A stretch of 64,000 bases of DNA from positions 1,056,001 through 1,120,000 of the forward strand of contig CAVYTU010000014.1 of the NCBI GenBank assembly GCA_963771465.1, read 5' to 3'. The stretch comes from an uncultured delta proteobacterium (lineage in GTDB: Bacteria; Desulfobacterota; Binatia; UBA9968). The stretch's first letter is position 1, and every line of letters begins with the position of its first letter. The position numbers and the translations under genes were made by a program. Positions 8,744 through 18,716 of this stretch are shown here, piece after piece. The notes beneath the pieces are model-generated. The model did not search any database and was not told where the DNA came from. It saw only the letters and a list, made by a program, of their open reading frames with translations.

Positions 8744-11065
8744 ATGGAACTGGCAGATATCGGCAAAACTTTTCGCCGGCTGGATTACGAGACTAAAGTC
8801 ACCGGACGGGCGCAGTATTTGGCCGACATGAGTGTGCCGGGGATGTTGCATGGGAAAATTCTTCGCAGTCCGTATCCCCATGCGCGAATCGCGCGCATCG
8901 ATGCGACCAAGGCAGAGAAATTTCCCGGCGTGATGGCGGTGCTAACGCGGGACGATATTTTGCACGATGAAGGCATCGAGCCATATTACGGGCCGGTGTT
9001 TAAAGATCAGACCATCGTCGCGACGGAAAAAGTGCGCCATGTCGGCGATCCGGTGGCTGCCGTCGCGGCATTGACGGTCGACGCTGCTGAAGCGGCGCTG
9101 AAGCTGATCGAAGTCGACTATGAAGAGTTGCCGGCGGTTTTGCATATCGACGACGCGATAAAACCGGGTGCGATGTTGGTGCACGATTCGGTTAAGTTGC
9201 CGACTTCCGGTTTCGCCGATCTCGCCGAGTTAAAGCCCATCGAAGGGACGAATCTCTGCACGCATTTCCGGCTCAACCGCGGCGACATCGACAAAGGTTT
9301 CGCCGAAGCGGATCATGTTTTTGAAGATACGTTCACTCTGCCGGCGACGCAGCATAGTTTTCTAGAGACCCACGCGTGCATCGCGTCGGTGGAGCCGGGC
9401 GGGCGGATTACGGTTTGGGCAACGACGCAAAATCCCTTCGTCGTGCGCACGCAGCTGGCGAATATTTTCAAAGTTCCGGTAGCCAAGGTGCGCGTCGTCG
9501 TGCCCTATCTCGGCGGCGGCTACGGCGGCAAGGTTTATCCGAAGGTCGAACCGATCACCGTCGCGCTGTCGCAAAAGGCCGGCCGGCCGGTGCGGATTAT
9601 TCTGACGCGCGAAGAAGTCTTCTACACGATCACCAAACATGCCGCGGTGATCCGCATGAAGACCGGCGTTAAAAAAGACGGAACGCTGATCGCGCGTGAG
9701 TGCGAGATCCATCTTGACACCGGCGCTTACGCCGAGATCGGCCCACGGGTGGCGAAGAAGTCCGGCTATACTGCCGCCGGGCCGTACAAAATTCCCAACT
9801 TGAAAATCGATTCCTATTCGGTCTACACCAACAAGCCGCCGGCCGGGGCGTTTCGCGGCTTCGGCGTGTCGCAGTCGGCGTGGGCGGTGGAATCGCAAAT
9901 GGACATCATTGCCGCTACGCTGAAGATGGATGCCGTCGCTCTGCGCAAACAGAACGGCTACAACGAAGGCGACAAGTTCGTCACCGAAGAGACGCTGCGC
10001 GCGGTGGGATTGAAAGAGTGCATCGACGAGGTGGCCAAGTCGATCGGATGGGATTCCAATCGGTTCAAGAATTCAAAAGCTCAAGTTTCAATCGGATCGA
10101 GTCTGCGGCGCGGTAAAGGGTTGGCTTGCATGATCAAGGCGACGATCACGCCGTCGATTTCCTGCGCGGTGGTGAAGCTTAACGAAGATGCGAGTCTATC
10201 CCTATATACCGGCACTGTTGAGATGGGGCAGGGTTCGGAGACGGTTTTGGCTCAGATCGCCGGCAAGGAGTTGGGCATTGCGCTGCAAACCATTCAAGTT
10301 CTTGGCGTCGACACCGATGTGGTGCCCTACGATTTGACCACTTCATCGAGCCGGTCGACCTTTCACATGGGTAAAGCGGTGCAGCTTGCCGCTCAAGACA
10401 TCATGCGCCAGCTCAAGCAGATCGTTATCGATGAATACGGTGTGCCGGAAGATAAGATTAATTTCGCCGACGGCAAGATTCGCCTGCCGGAAGCACAGCT
10501 CGATTACGCCGAAGTCATGTTCAAACGCTTCGGCATGCAGGGTGGAACGCTCGTCGGTGAAGGGCAAGTGAAGACTTCGACCAAAGATGAATTTGGCGAG
10601 AAGAGCACCTCGGCGTTTTGGTTTCTCGCCGCCGGCGCTGCCGAAGTCGAAGTCGACGTGGACACCGGTAAATTCAAACTGATCAAATACGCCAGCGCCG
10701 TGGATGTCGGCAAGGCGCTCAATCCGCTCGGCTGCCGCCAACAGCTTAACGGCGCGGCGATCACCGGTATGGGCCAGGCCATGTTCGAAGAGATCGCCTA
10801 CGATAACGGCCAACTAATTAACCCCAATTTCGTCGACTACGTGTTGCCGTCGCTCGGCGACATGCCGGCGACGATCGATGCGATCACCGTCGAAGTGCCG
10901 GATCGCAACGGTCCGTTCGGTGCCAAAGGCATCGGCGAGAGCGCTCTGATTCCAGTCGCGCCGGCGATCGCCAACGCGATCTATGACGCAGTCGGCGTGC
11001 GCATCAAAGATCTGCCAATCAAGGCGGAGAAGATCTTTCTTGCGTTGAACGAAACCAAGGTTTAG
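8744..11065 (+). CDS. Xanthine dehydrogenase family molybdopterin-binding large subunit
   Basis: KVTGRAQYLAD, LRSPYPHA, GGGYGGK, AFRGFG, EMGQG, GPFGAKGIGE. Confidence 0.95.
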   Translation: MELADIGKTFRRLDYETKVTGRAQYLADMSVPGMLHGKILRSPYPHARIARIDATKAEKFPGVMAVLTRDDILHDEGIEPYYGPVFKDQTIVATEKVRHVGDPVAAVAALTVDAAEAALKLIEVDYEELPAVLHIDDAIKPGAMLVHDSVKLPTSGFADLAELKPIEGTNLCTHFRLNRGDIDKGFAEADHVFEDTFTLPATQHSFLETHACIASVEPGGRITVWATTQNPFVVRTQLANIFKVPVAKVRVVVPYLGGGYGGKVYPKVEPITVALSQKAGRPVRIILTREEVFYTITKHAAVIRMKTGVKKDGTLIARECEIHLDTGAYAEIGPRVAKKSGYTAAGPYKIPNLKIDSYSVYTNKPPAGAFRGFGVSQSAWAVESQMDIIAATLKMDAVALRKQNGYNEGDKFVTEETLRAVGLKECIDEVAKSIGWDSNRFKNSKAQVSIGSSLRRGKGLACMIKATITPSISCAVVKLNEDASLSLYTGTVEMGQGSETVLAQIAGKELGIALQTIQVLGVDTDVVPYDLTTSSSRSTFHMGKAVQLAAQDIMRQLKQIVIDEYGVPEDKINFADGKIRLPEAQLDYAEVMFKRFGMQGGTLVGEGQVKTSTKDEFGEKSTSAFWFLAAGAAEVEVDVDTGKFKLIKYASAVDVGKALNPLGCRQQLNGAAITGMGQAMFEEIAYDNGQLINPNFVDYVLPSLGDMPATIDAITVEVPDRNGPFGAKGIGESALIPVAPAIANAIYDAVGVRIKDLPIKAEKIFLALNETKV

Positions 11066-11081
11066 TCTCAAGTTTGTGAGA

Positions 11082-11525
11082 ATGATTGTGAATTCCAAGG
11101 CTCGCATGCTTAGCGTGATCGCTTTTGTAATGCTTCTTTCAGCCTGTATGACGGAAGCCCTGGAACGGCAGGCCGAGCAGATTCGTCAACAGAACGAAGA
11201 GATTATGCGGCAGCGCCAGGAACTCGAAGCGCTGGCTGCTGGGAAACAGGTGCAGAATCGCCAGCAGCAGGACTGCAGCCGCGCCTTCCGCGAATATTTC
11301 GACAAAGCTCAGTTGTCGACCAACCGCGATGAAGTGATCTCGCTCTATCGCAAGGGATTGGAACTATGCCCGGACGACGACGTGGCTCACTACGAATTTG
11401 GCCGCGCTCTGGCCGACGCTGGACGGCGCGACGAAGCTGAAAAAGAGTTCGAAGCGGCGCTCAGGATCAATCCCGGTTTCGGAGAGGCGCGCCGCCAACT
11501 CGATGTCCTACGAGCCAATCGCTAG
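11082..11525 (+). CDS. TPR-containing lipoprotein
   Basis: Lipobox LSAC, coiled-coil segment, TPR (AHYEFGRAL...EAALRINP). Confidence 0.75.
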   Translation: MIVNSKARMLSVIAFVMLLSACMTEALERQAEQIRQQNEEIMRQRQELEALAAGKQVQNRQQQDCSRAFREYFDKAQLSTNRDEVISLYRKGLELCPDDDVAHYEFGRALADAGRRDEAEKEFEAALRINPGFGEARRQLDVLRANR

Positions 11526-11588
11526 CGCTTTCACACTGTCGCACTTTACTCAGCACTCCGGTACACTTCGTGTACCACGGGTTGGATC

Positions 11589-12359
11589 ATGAGAACGCTC
11601 GCTGCGATCACGTTTGTGCTGGTAATGGCATGCTCCGGGCACGCCCTCGATGAGAAAAAACTTGTCGATCTGACTTACGAATTCAGCGCCGAAACTCATC
11701 ATTGGCCGACCGCGAAACCATTTCACTTTGAAAAAGTTGCCGAAGGCAGGACGCCCGGCGGCTTTTGGTATTCCTCCTACAATTACGGCGGCTCGGAGCA
11801 TGTCGGCACGCACATGGACGCGCCGTTTCATTTCGCCGAGGGAAAATGGACCGCCGAGCAGATTCCACTTTCACGCCTGATTGGACCTGGAGTGGTCATC
11901 GACGTTAGCCGGCAAGCGGGGAAAGACGCCGACTATACGTTGCAGCTTGGCGACTTGCGCGCTTGGGAAAAGGCCCACGGTCGGATTCCTACCGGCGCGA
12001 TCCTGCTGATCCGTTCGGGTTGGGGTAAATTCTGGGGCGACCGTAAACGTTACTTCGGCACCGACGCTCCGGGCGACACCGACAATCTCCATTTTCCTGG
12101 ACTGGCCAAAGAGGCAGCTGACTTTCTGGTCAAACAGCGGCGCATCAAAGCCGTCGGCATTGATACACCGAGCATCGATCACGGGCCGTCGCGGGATTTT
12201 ATCACCCATCAAATACTCGGCGCTGCGAACCTGGTGATTTTCGAGAATGTCGCCGGCTTGGAGCGGGTGCCGGCCAAGGGTGCGACGGTTTACGCGATTC
12301 CGATGAAAATCAAAGGCGGTAGCGGCGCGCCGCTACGCATCTTTGCCGTCCTACCCTAA
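11589..12359 (+). CDS. Cyclase family protein (kynurenine formamidase-like) with signal peptide
   Basis: EHVGTHMDAPFHF metal motif, GIDTPSID, IFENV, GGSGAPLRIFA. Confidence 0.9.
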   Translation: MRTLAAITFVLVMACSGHALDEKKLVDLTYEFSAETHHWPTAKPFHFEKVAEGRTPGGFWYSSYNYGGSEHVGTHMDAPFHFAEGKWTAEQIPLSRLIGPGVVIDVSRQAGKDADYTLQLGDLRAWEKAHGRIPTGAILLIRSGWGKFWGDRKRYFGTDAPGDTDNLHFPGLAKEAADFLVKQRRIKAVGIDTPSIDHGPSRDFITHQILGAANLVIFENVAGLERVPAKGATVYAIPMKIKGGSGAPLRIFAVLP

Positions 12360-12481
12360 GGCTTCGTCCTAACGTTTTGGCGTACAACGTACTGACTGTT
12401 AAGCTGTGGACATTGATTCGATTTTGCAATAATAGGACAAAGCCGATAAACTTTGCGGCGCTTGTAAAAGGGGGAAACTGT

Positions 12482-13888
12482 ATGGCCCGGGGTACGAGGA
12501 ATTTCACAGCCAGGATGTGCGCCATTTCATTGGCAGCGGGTTGCTTGTTTATGGTTTCGGCCCAAGCGGCGGAGATTCAAATGCAGGTTCAAGCGGCGCC
12601 GGCCACTCCCGGTTCGCCATCGCCGACGGGAAAACTTCTCACCATCGAAGATGCGGTGCGTATAGGCTTGGAAAACCATCCGCGGATTAAATCGGCCGGT
12701 GAGAGAATCCTTTCCCAGCAAGCTGTGCTCGGTCAACAAATGTCGGCTTATTACCCAACGGTCAACCTCAGCAATCAATTACGCACTAGTGTTAGCAGCT
12801 CCGACGGCGGCAATGATCATTCCGCGGATTTGGCATCGAGCATAGCTAACTTCAGCATGATTCTTTATAACTTCGGCAAGCGGGAAGGCAACGTACAGGC
12901 AGCGCGGGAGACCCTCGGCGCGACCCAGCAGGATTATGCCACGACGACTCAGGATACCGTTCTTGCGATTAAACAGGCTTACTATGTTTACTTGGGGAGT
13001 CAGGCGCTCGTCAAAGTGCGCCAGGAGACGGTGCGCAATCGCGAACTCCTGGTGAACCAAGCAAAAGGATTTTTCGAAGTTGGCACGCGCGCCAAAATTG
13101 ACGTAGCGCGCGCTGAGGCCAACCTTTTCTCCGCGCAAGCCGATCTGATCGCTGCCGAAAACGGCGTGAAGATTGCCTGGGTAACTCTGCGCAACGCGAT
13201 GGGTTCGCCGCGGTTGCCGGAGCAGCCGGTTGCCGCAGATTCCCCCGAAGTCGAGTTCTCAACGAACTTGGCGGGCGCAAGGAGCATCGCTTTCGACGCG
13301 CGCAGCGAATTGAAAAGCTTCGAGTCGCAAAGAAAAGCCTCGGATCAATTGATCGCTGTGGCGCGCCGCGGGCACTTGCCTGATCTTAATTTCGATGCCA
13401 ACTATGGACGGCGGCATGTGAGCGACGAAAGAACGAACAGCCGCGGTCTAAGTCTCTTTCCGCTTCAGGAGACCTGGATGGTCCAGCTCAGTTTCAATAT
13501 TCCGATCTTCGACGGCTTTCGCACCACGCAAAGAGTCGAAGAAACTTTGCACAACTATTATAACGTCCGGGCCCAGGAAGAGGACCGTCGCCAGCTGATT
13601 GCGCTCGAGGTCGAGCAAAGTTATCTTAGGGTGGTGGAAACCCAGGAACGGATCAAAGCTAACGAGTCCGCGGCCAAGGCCTCCAAGGAAAACCTCGATT
13701 TGGCCCAGGGCCGCTATCAAGTCGGGGTTGGTTCGATCATCGAAGTGACTGACGCCGAGACTCTTTACACCGACGCGCAAACAACCTATATACGGACCGT
13801 TTATGAATACAAAATAGCCGATGCCCAACTCGCCCGGGCGATGGGAGATAGCCGAGTCGGCGTCCTAAAGCCGGGATCGATCAAGTAG
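12482..13888 (+). CDS. TolC-family outer membrane efflux protein
   Basis: Signal peptide, LTIEDAVRIGLENHP, two OEP repeats, RYQVGVGSIIEV. Confidence 0.9.
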   Translation: MARGTRNFTARMCAISLAAGCLFMVSAQAAEIQMQVQAAPATPGSPSPTGKLLTIEDAVRIGLENHPRIKSAGERILSQQAVLGQQMSAYYPTVNLSNQLRTSVSSSDGGNDHSADLASSIANFSMILYNFGKREGNVQAARETLGATQQDYATTTQDTVLAIKQAYYVYLGSQALVKVRQETVRNRELLVNQAKGFFEVGTRAKIDVARAEANLFSAQADLIAAENGVKIAWVTLRNAMGSPRLPEQPVAADSPEVEFSTNLAGARSIAFDARSELKSFESQRKASDQLIAVARRGHLPDLNFDANYGRRHVSDERTNSRGLSLFPLQETWMVQLSFNIPIFDGFRTTQRVEETLHNYYNVRAQEEDRRQLIALEVEQSYLRVVETQERIKANESAAKASKENLDLAQGRYQVGVGSIIEVTDAETLYTDAQTTYIRTVYEYKIADAQLARAMGDSRVGVLKPGSIK

Positions 13889-13921
13889 GCCAGAGCCGAG
13901 AAAGGGGTTAAGTTAGACCCT

Positions 13922-15269
13922 ATGAAGCGTTCTCTTTGGATAGTTGCATTTCTTGTCGTCGTCGGCGGATTCGCCGGCTTTCAGCAGTATCAATCCTGGT
14001 CACTCAATAAACCCCAAGGCGATTCCGCCGCGAAATTACCGGAAGGGGTTGAAAGTGGGTCCGGCGGCGAACGCGGCGCTGGTGCTGGCCGTGGTCAAGG
14101 CCGCGCTGGTGGCGCGCAAGGGCAAGACCAAGGCCGCGGCGCCGGACGAGCGCGCGGCGGTGAAGCGGTGCCCGTTCTGGTGGCAACGGCCATCCAAAAG
14201 GCCGTGCCGTTACAAATTCGGGCCGTTGGTAACGTCGGAGCCTTACACCACTGTTTCCGTGAAAAGCCAAGTCACCGGTGCGCTCCAGCAGGCCCATTTC
14301 AAAGAAGGCCAGGATGTAAAGAAAGGCCAACTACTTTTTACCGTCGACCCACGTCCCTTCGAAGCGGCACTCAAGCAGGCCGAAGCCAACATGGCGCGCG
14401 ACAATGCCCAACTCAAAAACCTACGGGAACAGGTTCGGCGCTACGCTGAGCTGGTCGAGAAAAACTACGTCTCGCGCGAACAATACGATCAAATTAGAAC
14501 TAACGCCGATGCCGCGGAATCGGTAGTAGATGCGGACAAAGCCGCCGTTGACAACGCGAAAGTTCAGCTAAGTTATTGTTACATCTATGCTCCAGTGGGC
14601 GGCCGGGTTGGCAGCCTGTTGATCAACGAAGGAAACTTGATTCGGCTCAATGACGGCGCGCCGTTGGTAGTCATCAATCAAATCAATCCGATCAATGTCA
14701 CGTTCGCCGTGCCCGAACAGAATCTGGCAGATCTAAAAAGGCATATGGCTGGCGGCAAATTGAAGGCGGATGCGCGATTCCAATCGGATGAAGGGCGGCC
14801 AGAACAAGGCGTCTTAGCCTTTGTCGATAACGCTGTTGATCGATCGACGGGCACCATTAAATTGAAAGCCGAGTTCATCAACCAGGAAAGACGTCTTTGG
14901 CCTGGTCAATTCGTTAACGTCGCGCTGACGTTGGCGACCCAGGCGGATGCCGTGGTGATTCCCTCGGAAGCGGTCCAAGTTGGTCAGGAAGGCCAGTATG
15001 TTTTCGTGGTCAAAGCCGATAAGCGCGTTGAAGTTAGACCGGTGACGCTTGGCAGCACGAATGAAGGCATAGCGATCATCGCCAAAGGCCTCGCCGTCGG
15101 CGAACAGGTTGTGCGTGAAGGCCAGTTTTTGCTTGGCCCGGAATCGCGGGTGGACATCAAGGACGCGAGCGGCGTGACCGAGAAAACCGCGGAAACGGGC
15201 AAGAAGGGTCGTGCTGAGAACCGCAAGAGAGATCGTACCAAGGCAGAAGAAAAAAGAGGTGAGTCATGA
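13922..15269 (+). pseudogene. MdtA-like RND periplasmic adaptor, split by a 1-nt insertion near 14237 (or a sequencing error)
   Basis: First frame reads ...IRAVGNV, second frame continues EPYTTVSVKSQVTG. DNA GTC-G-GAG-CCT has one extra G. Confidence 0.85.
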
Positions 15270-18200
15270 ACATCTCCGGGCTGTTTATACGCCGTCCGGT
15301 AACCACCACGCTGATAATGATCGGGATTCTGATCTTCGGTGCCTTGGGGTACAAGTCGCTGCCGGTAAGCGACCTTCCCACGGTGGATTTTCCAACCATT
15401 ACCGTCAACGCAAACCTGGCTGGGGCGAGCGCCGAAACGATGGCGTCGTCAGTGGCGACGCCGCTTGAGAAAAACTTCTCGACCATTGCCGGCCTCGATT
15501 CCATGAGTTCGACAAGCAGTTTAGGGCGGACGCAAATTACTCTGCAGTTTAGTTTGAGCCGAAACGTCGATGCCGCGGCTCAAGACGTTCAGGCGATGAT
15601 CGCCCGATCGGCTCGCGACCTGCCGCCAAGCATGACAACTCCGCCATCCTATCGGAAGGTCAATCCGGCGAACAATTCCATCCTGCTATTGGCGTTGACG
15701 TCGCCAACACTTCCGTTGTCGACCATCGATGAATTTGCCCAGACCATCTTAGCGCAGCGGATCTCGATGGTGAGCGGCGTCGCCCAGGTCGATGTCAACG
15801 GCTCGCAAAAATTCGCGGTACGGATCCAGCTCGATCCCAATCAGTTGGCGGCCCGGCAGGTCGGCATCGACGATGTGGTCGCCGCAGTGCTACGCGGCAA
15901 TGTGGACCTGCCCGTGGGGACATTGAATGCCCCCACCCGTGCTTACACTTTAGTTTCAGAATCGCAGCTGACGAACGCGGAAGCCTATCGCCCGATGGTC
16001 GTCACCTATCGCAACGGCGCGGCGGTGCGTATTCAAGACATCGGCACGGCGATCGATAGTGTAGAAAACACCAGAGTCGCGGCGTGGTTCAAGGATAAAA
16101 GGGCCGTCATCCTCGGAATCCAGCGGCAACCGGGCGCCAACGTCGTCGAAGTCGTCGATGCCGTCAAGGATATTCTCCCGGGTTTGCGTGCGCAAATTCC
16201 CCAGTCGATCAAGTTGGAGGTCTTTTTTGACCGCACCCAGTCGATTCGGGAATCGGTGCATGACGTGCAATTGACCATGATCGGAACGGTCGTGTTGGTC
16301 ATCCTGGTGATCTTTCTGTTCTTGCGTAACGTGTCCGCCACGATCATTCCCAGCTTGGCTCTTCCTATGTCGATCATTGGCACGTTTGCTGTGATGACTC
16401 TGCTCGATTATAGCCTGGACAACCTGTCGCTGATGGCACTGACGTTGGCAGTGGGTTTCGTCGTGGACGACGCCATCGTCGTGCTCGAAAACATCGTCCG
16501 CCATATGGAGCTGGGAGAGAAACCCTACGATGCCGCGGTCAAAGGCGCTCAGGAAATCGGTTTTACAATCGTCACGATGACGATCTCTCTGGTAAGCGTT
16601 TTTATCCCGGTGCTGTTCATGAGCGGCATGCTTGGACGAATTTTGCGGGAATTTTCCGTCACTATCTGCGTGGCGATTCTGGTTTCGGGGTTTATCTCGT
16701 TAAGTCTCACGCCCATGCTTGCCAGCCGCTACCTGCGTCCGCCCCACGACCAGAAGCACGGCCGGTTTTATCATTTCCTTGGCCGTTGTTTAGACGCGAT
16801 GAACAAAGGCTATGGAGGCTCGCTTGCCTGGGTGATGCGCCACCACGTCACGACCATGGTGACCTCATTCCTGGTATTAGTCGCGACTATCTTTATGTTT
16901 GGCTTAGTGCCCAAAGGCTTTATTCCGAGCGAGGATACCGGCCAGGTCATAATCAACTCCGAAGGCTCGCAAGGGGTTGCCTTTGAGCAAATGGTGCAGT
17001 ACCAGCAGCAGCTGGCCGCCATCGTCGCAAATAATCCCAACGTCGAGGCTTACTTCTCGAGCGTCGGAGTTGGTGGTGCAGGCTTGACCGGCAACACTGG
17101 CCGCATCTTCATGAAACTCAAGCCGCGCTCAGAGCGACCAGTGGTCTGCTCCGAGGGCTCTTGGATCAAATCCTGTCAGCCTCTCAACGCAGATCAGCTG
17201 ATTCGAGAATTACGTCCTAAGCTGGCAAGTGTCCCGGGTATTCGCGTTTCCTTGCAGAACCCGCCGGTGATCCGTGTCGGCGGACGACTCAGCCGCAGTC
17301 TTTACCAGTTTACCTTGCAAAGTCCGGACGCAGCGGAACTTTACCGTAACGCCGCATTATTCGAAGAGAGAATCAAAGCGCTGCCAGATTTTCGTGACGT
17401 CGGCAGCGATTTGCAGTTGAAAAATCCTCAATTGCAGGTCGTGATTGACCGCGACAAGATGGCCACCATGGGAATCACGGCTCAAGGCATATCGCCGCGG
17501 CAGGTCGAAGAGGCTTTCTGGAACTCTTATGCGACGCGGCAAATTTCGACGATCAATACACCCAACAATCAATACCAGGTGATTTTGGAGCTGGATCCCA
17601 AGTTTCAAAACGACCCGTCGGCGCTATCGATGCTCTATATACGCTCCACAAGTGGTCAAGCTGCGACGGCCCAGCCGATGGTGCCGTTGGGGAGTCTAGC
17701 GACTCTCAAGTATACTGCCGGACCGCTAACGGTTAATCACTCGGGCCAGCTTCCTTCGGTAACGTTATCTTTCAATTTGCGCGAGGGAGTGTCGTTAGGA
17801 GCTGGGGTGGAGACGATAAACAAGTTGGCACGCGATACCTTGCCAGGCACCATCAGCACGAATTTCCAAGGCACAGCTCAGGAATTTCAATCGTCCCTCA
17901 AGAGTTTATGGGTTCTCTTGGCCCTCGCGGTGGTCGTTGTGTATCTGGTCCTCGGTATTCTGTATGAGAGCTTTATCCATCCGCTGACCATTCTTTCCGG
18001 CCTTCCGTCCGCTGGTCTAGGGGCGCTCATCGCTCTTTACATCTTTGGCATGGACCTGAGCATTTATTCCTTCGTCGGTTTGATCATGCTGATCGGTATC
18101 GTCAAGAAAAACGCCATCATGATGATCGACTTTGCCCTCGATCGGCAACGAAATGAAGGCAAGACCCCGGCGGAGGCGATTTACGAAGGCGCTCTGGTAC

Positions 18201-18481
18201 GCTTTCGGCCGATTATGATGACGACGATGGCGGCGATCATGGGCGCAGTGCCGATCGCCATCGGTTGGGGCGCCGGCGCCGAAGCGCGCCAGCCATTAGG
18301 CGTCGCGGTTGTCGGCGGACTGATCATTTCGCAACTCTTGACGCTGTATATCACCCCGGTGGTTTATCTCTATCTTGAGAAGAGCCAGGGATTGTTAGTT
18401 GGACTATCGACAAGAATGCACGGTAAGACGACGGCAGAACCGGCGCCTTTGGGCATCGAAAATCCCTCGCCACACAACTGA
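15266..18481 (+). CDS. RND efflux permease, MdtB/MdtC-like
   Basis: FIRRPVTTTL, VATPLEK, GFVVDDAIVVLENI, GIVKKNAIMMIDFA, RFRPIMMTT. Confidence 0.95.
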   Translation: MNISGLFIRRPVTTTLIMIGILIFGALGYKSLPVSDLPTVDFPTITVNANLAGASAETMASSVATPLEKNFSTIAGLDSMSSTSSLGRTQITLQFSLSRNVDAAAQDVQAMIARSARDLPPSMTTPPSYRKVNPANNSILLLALTSPTLPLSTIDEFAQTILAQRISMVSGVAQVDVNGSQKFAVRIQLDPNQLAARQVGIDDVVAAVLRGNVDLPVGTLNAPTRAYTLVSESQLTNAEAYRPMVVTYRNGAAVRIQDIGTAIDSVENTRVAAWFKDKRAVILGIQRQPGANVVEVVDAVKDILPGLRAQIPQSIKLEVFFDRTQSIRESVHDVQLTMIGTVVLVILVIFLFLRNVSATIIPSLALPMSIIGTFAVMTLLDYSLDNLSLMALTLAVGFVVDDAIVVLENIVRHMELGEKPYDAAVKGAQEIGFTIVTMTISLVSVFIPVLFMSGMLGRILREFSVTICVAILVSGFISLSLTPMLASRYLRPPHDQKHGRFYHFLGRCLDAMNKGYGGSLAWVMRHHVTTMVTSFLVLVATIFMFGLVPKGFIPSEDTGQVIINSEGSQGVAFEQMVQYQQQLAAIVANNPNVEAYFSSVGVGGAGLTGNTGRIFMKLKPRSERPVVCSEGSWIKSCQPLNADQLIRELRPKLASVPGIRVSLQNPPVIRVGGRLSRSLYQFTLQSPDAAELYRNAALFEERIKALPDFRDVGSDLQLKNPQLQVVIDRDKMATMGITAQGISPRQVEEAFWNSYATRQISTINTPNNQYQVILELDPKFQNDPSALSMLYIRSTSGQAATAQPMVPLGSLATLKYTAGPLTVNHSGQLPSVTLSFNLREGVSLGAGVETINKLARDTLPGTISTNFQGTAQEFQSSLKSLWVLLALAVVVVYLVLGILYESFIHPLTILSGLPSAGLGALIALYIFGMDLSIYSFVGLIMLIGIVKKNAIMMIDFALDRQRNEGKTPAEAIYEGALVRFRPIMMTTMAAIMGAVPIAIGWGAGAEARQPLGVAVVGGLIISQLLTLYITPVVYLYLEKSQGLLVGLSTRMHGKTTAEPAPLGIENPSPHN

Positions 18482-18519
18482 CCTAAAGCTCTGCGCTCGC
18501 GTGGCGCATGAATAACCCG

Positions 18520-18559
18520 AATTCGGGCTGCCGCTTCACGTGGTAGCCCGAATTTTTTT
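18520..18559 (+). terminator. Rho-independent terminator
   Basis: AATTCGGGCTGCC...GGTAGCCCGAATT followed by a T run, just after the RND gene. Confidence 0.85.
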
Positions 18560-18716
18560 GTCTGCGGCTAAGTTGGGTTAGAAGAGTAAAGTCGCACATC
18601 GAAATGAGATTCGGCTTCGGCGTATTAACCGCAAAGATCATAAGCTAAGCAAAGAGGAATCGAACTGCTAAGGGCAATCGCAGTGTTGCCGGTTCGTTTT
18701 GAGGCTTCGGCGCATA

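Noticed and set aside
6206-11065. Aerobic CO dehydrogenase (coxMSL)
   Set aside because: The active-site loop is AFRGFG, not AYXCSFR (form I) or AYRGAGR (form II), so it is a generic XDH-family enzyme.
14050-14162. GGC-rich repeats as a DNA element
   Set aside because: They encode a Gly/Arg-rich linker common in MdtA-like N-termini.
14225-14250. Programmed ribosomal frameshift in mdtA
   Set aside because: No slippery heptamer or homopolymer tract; a simple 1-nt insertion explains it.
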